64,000 nt of DNA from Spirochaetia bacterium (GTDB lineage Bacteria > Spirochaetota > Spirochaetia > UBA9216). The notes beneath the pieces were generated by a model. The model saw only the letters and a program-made list of their open reading frames with translations, was not told where the DNA came from and searched no databases. The position numbers and the translations under genes are program-made. The stretch's first letter is position 1, and the number at the start of each line of letters is the position of its first letter. This document shows positions 58,350-64,000 of this stretch, in pieces. The stretch is taken from the NCBI GenBank assembly GCA_963675665.1, contig OY776510.1, positions 3,264,001 to 3,328,000 on the forward strand. The letters run 5' to 3'.

Positions 58350-59649
58350 AGTATCTCCTGTGCAGCTTTTCAGCTGCTGTTTTTATCTGATTTCTTAATG
58401 ATTTTTCAAAGGTAAATGTAATTTTACCGTCCTGATATAGAATATTACCGTCGGCGATAGTCATGAACACCCGCCCCCCGCGCGCGCCGAAAATAAGATG
58501 ACCGATTATATTCCCGGCGTTGCAGGGCGTTTCGGGTATATAGTCAAGAACTGCGATATCGGCCGGGAATCCTTTCTCAATTTTCCCGGTTCCCGGGAAA
58601 AAGTCTTCAAGCAGAAGATGCGGAAGATCCATAAATGTGCGCCGGAGTGTTTCAAAATTTTCGGAAAGACCGTTGCCCAGCAAATACTGGGCGCGCAGAG
58701 AATTTATCATATCGAAACTCATTCCGTCTGTCCCGATTAAATAATCTCCGAGCCTGTTGCGATCAGGTTTTCCGACCCTGTTGTTTGCATTGGATTCCGG
58801 ATTGCTAATTACCCAGGGTTTTATCTCGTTAAGGATTTCATAATCCCTGTCGGACAGGTGTATACAGTGAGCTAATATTGATTTCGCGCTTAAAAGATTG
58901 AAAGAATCAAGCCTGTCCACAGGGCCCTTAAAGCCGTCCTGAATACAGAATTCAAGATCATGCAAGCCCTCGCCGCAGTGGATGTGAACAGGATATTTAT
59001 CCCGGGATGAGCTGAGAATACCGGATAACTGCTGAAGGGTTTTTCTGCCTAACGTAAAGTTTGCGTGAAGACCTATCATCCCGTGAATTCTGCTGTCGTC
59101 AAGATGGGCCTCAATGAAGTTAATGCTCTCATTAAGATGAGCAGATGAGTTTTTCGAACTGTCGCGGTCCGAGGTCTCGAAACAGAGGACTCCCCTGATA
59201 CCGGTAAGATCGAAAGCTTTTTTAACCGCTGTAAGGCTGCCTTCCACGTAATACATTGAAGCATGATGATCAAAAATACAGGTAACTCCATGTTTTACCG
59301 CATCGAGAATTCCCGATACGGCGCTGTAATAAACTGTTTCTTCGTCAAGAGCGGCATCAAGCGGCCACCAGAAATTGGACAACACTTCTGTAAAAGTGTT
59401 ATTGGGTCCCTTGGGCGACAGCCCCGTCGACAGTGATGAATATAAATGTGCATGCGGATTTACAAAACCCGGAACGGTGATTCTTCCGTCAAGATCTATT
59501 TTTTTTATTCCTTCAGTCAGCGTCGAATCGGTTTCGCCGCATCGGCAGACGGAAGTTATAATACCGTTTTCTACAAGGATTTCTCCGCAGCCGAAAAAAC
59601 TGCCGGGTGAAAAGATGATGCAGTTCTGCAAAAGGAACCGGTTATTCAT
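58342..59649 (-). CDS. ssnA: SsnA-like amidohydrolase
   Basis: H.HLYS, WW.LD..LD, DHHAS, LCFE.SDR, GLHA.FTL, NPESN.NN.VG, GTDG. Confidence 0.88.
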   Translation of the reverse strand: MNNRFLLQNCIIFSPGSFFGCGEILVENGIITSVCRCGETDSTLTEGIKKIDLDGRITVPGFVNPHAHLYSSLSTGLSPKGPNNTFTEVLSNFWWPLDAALDEETVYYSAVSGILDAVKHGVTCIFDHHASMYYVEGSLTAVKKAFDLTGIRGVLCFETSDRDSSKNSSAHLNESINFIEAHLDDSRIHGMIGLHANFTLGRKTLQQLSGILSSSRDKYPVHIHCGEGLHDLEFCIQDGFKGPVDRLDSFNLLSAKSILAHCIHLSDRDYEILNEIKPWVISNPESNANNRVGKPDRNRLGDYLIGTDGMSFDMINSLRAQYLLGNGLSENFETLRRTFMDLPHLLLEDFFPGTGKIEKGFPADIAVLDYIPETPCNAGNIIGHLIFGARGGRVFMTIADGNILYQDGKITFTFEKSLRNQIKTAAEKLHRRYYG

Positions 59650-61954
59650 TAATAAGCGACCAGACCTTTTCAGGGGTAAACGGGGTATGCCTGAGTCTTA
59701 TTCCGACGGCATCGTAAACTGCATTGGCAATGGCCGGTGCCGGACCGTTTAGAGCAATCTCCCCGACGCTTTTTGCCCCGTATGGTCCGCTCTCCTCAAA
59801 GGTGTCTGCAAGAATTGTGATAATCTCGGGAGTATCCATAATTGAGTATATTTTATATCTTCCGAAATCCGGATTTGTCATCTTTCCCCTGTCGTTAAAA
59901 AGGTATTCTTCAGTCAGCGCATAGGAAATTCCGTTAAGAACGGCGCCTTCAACCTGCCCCTCGGCAAGCAGGGGGTTAAGGGGCATTCCGCAGTCAACCG
60001 CCGCTGCGTATTTGAGAATAAATATTTCACCGGTTTCGATATCAACTTCAACGTCGGCAAACTGTGCTGAAAACGGCGGAGGTGATTCGTGTGCAACGAA
60101 GGAGGCTGTTGCCTGTATCTGCAGCTGTCCACTGGTGTACATTCGGTATGCGCAAATATCGCCGTAGCTGATGATTTTCCCGCCGGCAGATACAACATTC
60201 CCGTCTGATGCAGAAAGCGATTCAGCATCAGTCAACAGCATTTCCGCCGCTGCGTCAAGAATTATCCGAAAAACATCTTCGGCGCATTTTCTGACGGCGT
60301 TTCCGGTGATATATGTGGTTGATGAAGCATAAGCGCCGGTATCAAAAGGAGTTGTATCGGTGTCCGAAGACAGCACTATCATGTTTTCGTAATCGGTATG
60401 CAGTGCTTCAGCCGCTATCTGGGCAAGTATTGTATCGCTGCCGGTACCTATGTCGGTTGCACCGGTGGTGAGATTAAATGAACCGTCTTCATTCATCTTG
60501 ATATGGCAGCTTGCCATATCAATTTCAGGAATTCCCGAGCCCTGCATGCAGACCGCTGCGCCTACACCGCGGACACGGTTTCCGTTTCGGGATCGTTTGC
60601 CCCTGTGATCTTTCCATCCTATTGCCCCGGCGCCCCGATCAATACATTCGGACAGGCCGCATGATTTAATATACTGGCTTACACCTTCTTTTCCTTCGCC
60701 GAGGGCTTCAAATACCCGGGAGGTTTCACCGCTTTTGATATGCCATTTTTTGACGTACTCACAGAAATCAATACCGCAGAAACGGGCGGCTTCATCAATG
60801 TGCTGATTGAGGGCAAAATAACCCTGAGTAGCGCCGTATCCCCTGTAGGCTCCTCCCACCGGAAGGTTCGTATAAACACTTCTGCCGGTAAAGCTCATAT
60901 TTTCTATCTTGTTGAAAAGCGGAAGAACCTTGGCCCCGGCATTTGACAGAACGGTAAGTGCATGAGGCCCGTAGGCGCCGGCATTCATCAGATCGTCGAC
61001 TTCAAGGGCCGTAATTGTTCCGTCTTTTTTTACGCCCATTTTAATGCGGCTTCGCATGGCGTGACGGGTGCGTGCATTGATAAATACTTCTTTTCTGCTG
61101 AAGACAATTTTGGCGGGGCGTTTAAGCTTCCATGCTGTAAAGGCCGCAACCTGTTCAAGGAAAACTTCCTGTTTCCCGCCGAACCCTCCGCCGACGCGGG
61201 GTTTGATAACACGTATATTCCTGATCTCGATTCCACAGACACGGCTTACTATTCGGCGGACATGAAAAGGAACCTGTGTTGCAGTAATAATAACCATGCG
61301 GCCCCTTTCGTCAAAATATACCTGTACAGCATGCGGTTCAGTAGCGCAATGAGATGCATATTGCATGCTGTAGGTTTCGTCGAGAATTGTGTCGGCTTCA
61401 GAGAAGCCTTTTTCCATGTCTCCGAAACCGGTAACAATTTCGGCGGCTACATTCTGTTCGGGCCTGTAAGTGACGGGTATTGCCGGATATTCATCATCTG
61501 TATGAAGCAGAGGGGCATTTTTGTCCATTGCCTTCTCAATGTCAAACAGGGCTAGGGTTTCATCAATCTCTACCTTGATTAGTTTCAGTGCGGCTTCAGC
61601 CATTTCTTTTGATTCGGCAGCAACGGCGGCTATACGGTCGCCGATAAAGCGAAGCTTGCTGTCAAACATACGGCAGTCGTAAGGCGACGGTTCAGGGAAG
61701 CCCTGGCCCGCTGTAGTATGAAGTACATCCGGTGTATTGCCGAAATAGAGCACCGCCTTTACGCCTTCAGCCGTTTCAGCTTCGGATATGTCGATACTGC
61801 GTATTATTCCGCTCGGGACGTCTGAATACCTGAAGGCGATATGAACGGGCGATTCAATTTTGAAATCATCGGTAAATTTTTCATTTCCGCATGCAAGCGC
61901 CAGAGAATCCATTTTGGAATGAGACTTGCCGGCTGATTTAAAATTATTATTCAT
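59642..61954 (-). CDS. XdhD-like molybdopterin-binding oxidoreductase subunit
   Basis: TTAGQGFPEPSPYD, TQVPFHVRR, GGGFGGKQ, AYRGYGA.QG, D.GTGSDT, GAYASS.T. Confidence 0.92.
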   Translation of the reverse strand: MNNNFKSAGKSHSKMDSLALACGNEKFTDDFKIESPVHIAFRYSDVPSGIIRSIDISEAETAEGVKAVLYFGNTPDVLHTTAGQGFPEPSPYDCRMFDSKLRFIGDRIAAVAAESKEMAEAALKLIKVEIDETLALFDIEKAMDKNAPLLHTDDEYPAIPVTYRPEQNVAAEIVTGFGDMEKGFSEADTILDETYSMQYASHCATEPHAVQVYFDERGRMVIITATQVPFHVRRIVSRVCGIEIRNIRVIKPRVGGGFGGKQEVFLEQVAAFTAWKLKRPAKIVFSRKEVFINARTRHAMRSRIKMGVKKDGTITALEVDDLMNAGAYGPHALTVLSNAGAKVLPLFNKIENMSFTGRSVYTNLPVGGAYRGYGATQGYFALNQHIDEAARFCGIDFCEYVKKWHIKSGETSRVFEALGEGKEGVSQYIKSCGLSECIDRGAGAIGWKDHRGKRSRNGNRVRGVGAAVCMQGSGIPEIDMASCHIKMNEDGSFNLTTGATDIGTGSDTILAQIAAEALHTDYENMIVLSSDTDTTPFDTGAYASSTTYITGNAVRKCAEDVFRIILDAAAEMLLTDAESLSASDGNVVSAGGKIISYGDICAYRMYTSGQLQIQATASFVAHESPPPFSAQFADVEVDIETGEIFILKYAAAVDCGMPLNPLLAEGQVEGAVLNGISYALTEEYLFNDRGKMTNPDFGRYKIYSIMDTPEIITILADTFEESGPYGAKSVGEIALNGPAPAIANAVYDAVGIRLRHTPFTPEKVWSLINE

Positions 61955-62432
61955 GAGCTGACTCCCTCATTAATTCGCCGGCTCTTTTTACTGCTTCAAT
62001 AATTTTTTTATAGCCGGTGCATCTGCAGATGTTGCCGTCGAGAGCTTTTTTTATCTCATCGTCGGAAGGATCCGGTTTTTCAAGCAAAAGAGCATAAGTC
62101 GAAAGGACCTGGCCGGGAGTGCAGAAGCCGCATTGTACAGCACCGCTTTCGGCAAAGGCCCGCTGTATCGGATGGGGGTTGTGAACATCCCCCAGGGCTT
62201 TTACAGTCAGAATGCTGCTGTCTTTCGCGCTGGCTGCCAGGACCATGCAGGAGTTGACGGTTTTTCCGTTAAGAATGACTACACAGGCCCCGCAGTCGCC
62301 GGTTTCGCAGCCGTTGTGGACTTCCGTGTATCCGTTATCTCTGAGCAGAGAGAGCAGGGTAGCCGCCGGGGCAAAGCTGAAAGTTTTCAACTCGTTATTT
62401 ACGGTAAAGGTCATTGTAAGCTGATTATTCAT
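61947..62432 (-). CDS. Xdh-family 2Fe-2S subunit
   Basis: GC.TGDCGAC, QCGFCTPG, GN.CRCTGY; start moved to ATG 62432. Confidence 0.94.
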   Translation of the reverse strand: MNNQLTMTFTVNNELKTFSFAPAATLLSLLRDNGYTEVHNGCETGDCGACVVILNGKTVNSCMVLAASAKDSSILTVKALGDVHNPHPIQRAFAESGAVQCGFCTPGQVLSTYALLLEKPDPSDDEIKKALDGNICRCTGYKKIIEAVKRAGELMRESAHE

Positions 62433-63180
62433 TTGTTGATTCCTCCAGCATTCTGGAAAGTTCAATTAAGGCTCTTTTCTTTAGATATTTTCCTGATAAA
62501 CCCCGTTCATCATTAAATAAAATGTCTTTATCGAAGATTTTTAAAATTTCAGAAGCTGTTCCGTCAAAAAAATGGGTTCCGGCTTTGCATCCGGTAACTG
62601 CGCATACAATAGTTGTTTTACGCAGAGACAGCGTTAAAGTGAAAAAAGGATAATCAAAACCTGTCAGCGTGAATCTGTAATAAGAACCGGTCATGTTTTC
62701 CGGCGGGAGGATAATTGATTTTATAAGTGATGACGAACGAAGTTCCCTGTTGTTTTTAAAATCAGGAAATCCGATGGTTTTACCGGAACCGGCAATATCT
62801 ATAGCGGCACCGGCAGCTGTTAGCGGACCTGACAAATCGGACCATTTTGGGGATGAGAAAGCGCTGCCTCCCAATGTTATCCTGTTGCGAAGCGGTGTTG
62901 ATGCTGCGGAAAACAGTGCGTTTGAGAAAAAGTTGCCAGGAAGTTTGTTTTCCATGAATTGAGCAGCATCCTTATAGGTAACTGCGCTTCCGATGATTGC
63001 TGAGTTATCATTAAAACTGCATCCGTTAAAAATGCCGTCATCGGGAAGATTAAAAAGTCCTTTAATATCAAGTGCAGTTTTTACAAGAAAAGTACCGCCT
63101 CCGTGAGGCTTGTATCCGTCAACAAGGAGCTTAAGACACTCGGCTTCAGAGCCGGGAAAAAACCATTTTATATTACTCAT
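62425..63180 (-). CDS. Xdh-family FAD-binding subunit (YgfM-like)
   Basis: GGGT, LRNRITLGG, WSDL. Confidence 0.85.
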   Translation of the reverse strand: MSNIKWFFPGSEAECLKLLVDGYKPHGGGTFLVKTALDIKGLFNLPDDGIFNGCSFNDNSAIIGSAVTYKDAAQFMENKLPGNFFSNALFSAASTPLRNRITLGGSAFSSPKWSDLSGPLTAAGAAIDIAGSGKTIGFPDFKNNRELRSSSLIKSIILPPENMTGSYYRFTLTGFDYPFFTLTLSLRKTTIVCAVTGCKAGTHFFDGTASEILKIFDKDILFNDERGLSGKYLKKRALIELSRMLEESTNE

Positions 63181-63231
63181 ATCTTTTATTGTAAATGCAA
63201 AAAATATATAATTGCAAGTAAAATAACTGCG

Positions 63232-63260
63232 TTGACAAAGAACAACAGCGCTATTAGGAT
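63232..63260 (+). promoter_or_regulatory. Putative sigma70 promoter (leaderless)
   Basis: TTGACA-17 bp-TAGGAT, ATG 7 nt downstream, no SD. Confidence 0.5.
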
Positions 63261-63267
63261 TAACATA

Positions 63268-64000
63268 ATGGAAAGTTCCAATTTGTTACAACGTATAATA
63301 ACCGGTTACTCCAGGAAAAAGAACGATTGGGAAATCAGTTATAATGCTCTTTTATCTTTTGTCAATAATCTGGTTATTAACGACGAATCCGGCAGATACG
63401 GAATTTTCAGCACAAATACATCGGATATTCTTACAGCCATGCTGCTGGACCTTGAAAAAACAGATTCCGTTGAATTGCAGTACAGCGGAACAGCAATAGA
63501 TAAAATAAGAAATTATAAATTTCTGAATCAGGCTGTCCAGGCAGCTTTTCAGGATATGGAATCAAATTCGGAATATCCTTTTCCGACAGTAAGCTCTTTG
63601 GGTATATCAATTCCTGACGACAGGATAGTAACACTGCATCTGCCGGAAAACCTGTCTCCGGCATTAAAAAGCAGCGGTGAAAATGACGGGACGCTTTATA
63701 AGCTGATTATCTCGGGTGAGCTTAGTCCGATAATTGCCGAAGGCGGAATTTTACGGAATCGTGTAATAGTTCTTGCAGTAAATAAAATCAGAAACCATCT
63801 TGCCCATAAAAATAATGCGAATTATATGTATCAGAAGATGCTTCCGATGTGTAAAAAGAACACCCGGGCGTTGGTCGATACTATTAAGATGGTTCAGTCA
63901 AATCCTGGTCGTGCGGCAATGGCATTAAAAAATCCGGATGAATTTATTTTCTCTTTCTGGACTCAGCTGAGTTCTTTTGTAAGAAAAGATCTTGCCGGAA
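63268..64000 (+). CDS. Hypothetical protein, truncated by window end (not in ORF track)
   Basis: Open frame from ATG 63268 (MESSNLLQRIITGYSRKKND...PFPTVSSLG...FWTQLSSFVRKDLAG) to the edge with no stop. Confidence 0.8.
   Translation, partial: MESSNLLQRIITGYSRKKNDWEISYNALLSFVNNLVINDESGRYGIFSTNTSDILTAMLLDLEKTDSVELQYSGTAIDKIRNYKFLNQAVQAAFQDMESNSEYPFPTVSSLGISIPDDRIVTLHLPENLSPALKSSGENDGTLYKLIISGELSPIIAEGGILRNRVIVLAVNKIRNHLAHKNNANYMYQKMLPMCKKNTRALVDTIKMVQSNPGRAAMALKNPDEFIFSFWTQLSSFVRKDLAG

Noticed and set aside
48372-63180. Selenocysteine read-through in the Xdh/yge operon
   Set aside because: All ORFs appear full length without needing an in-frame TGA

Overview
A 64-kb chromosomal window from an anaerobic bacterium, most likely a free-living spirochaete (inferred from gene content and repeat style, not proven). 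It is dominated by nitrogen-heterocycle and amide catabolism. (i) Reductive pyrimidine/beta-alanine genes: NCS2 permease, class-III aminotransferase plus acylating aldehyde dehydrogenase, preTA, and two M20 carbamoylases. (ii) An unusual ptb / Liv-type ABC transporter / panE / DmpA-like hydrolase / divergent ackA / panB / folD / fhs cluster that lacks panC and panD; it could run pantoate synthesis backwards as a fermentation pathway. (iii) A receiver-PPDK_N protein plus gdhA. (iv) A 13-gene anaerobic purine-degradation operon (two Xdh-type molybdoenzymes, ssnA, ygeY, ygeW) with apparent gene replacements. Accessory DNA includes tandem CsgG-like/lipoprotein cassettes, a complete class-C group II intron inserted after a terminator, a complete IS66 with an 8-bp target duplication splitting a flavin-reductase-like gene, an IS1595-like ORF without element ends, and three copies of a 28-32 bp palindrome. 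The oddest sequence-level signal lies directly after ptb: a codon-wise diverged second copy of the last 53 bp of the gene, split precisely by an 85-nt double hairpin. All calls are by eye; no searches were run.
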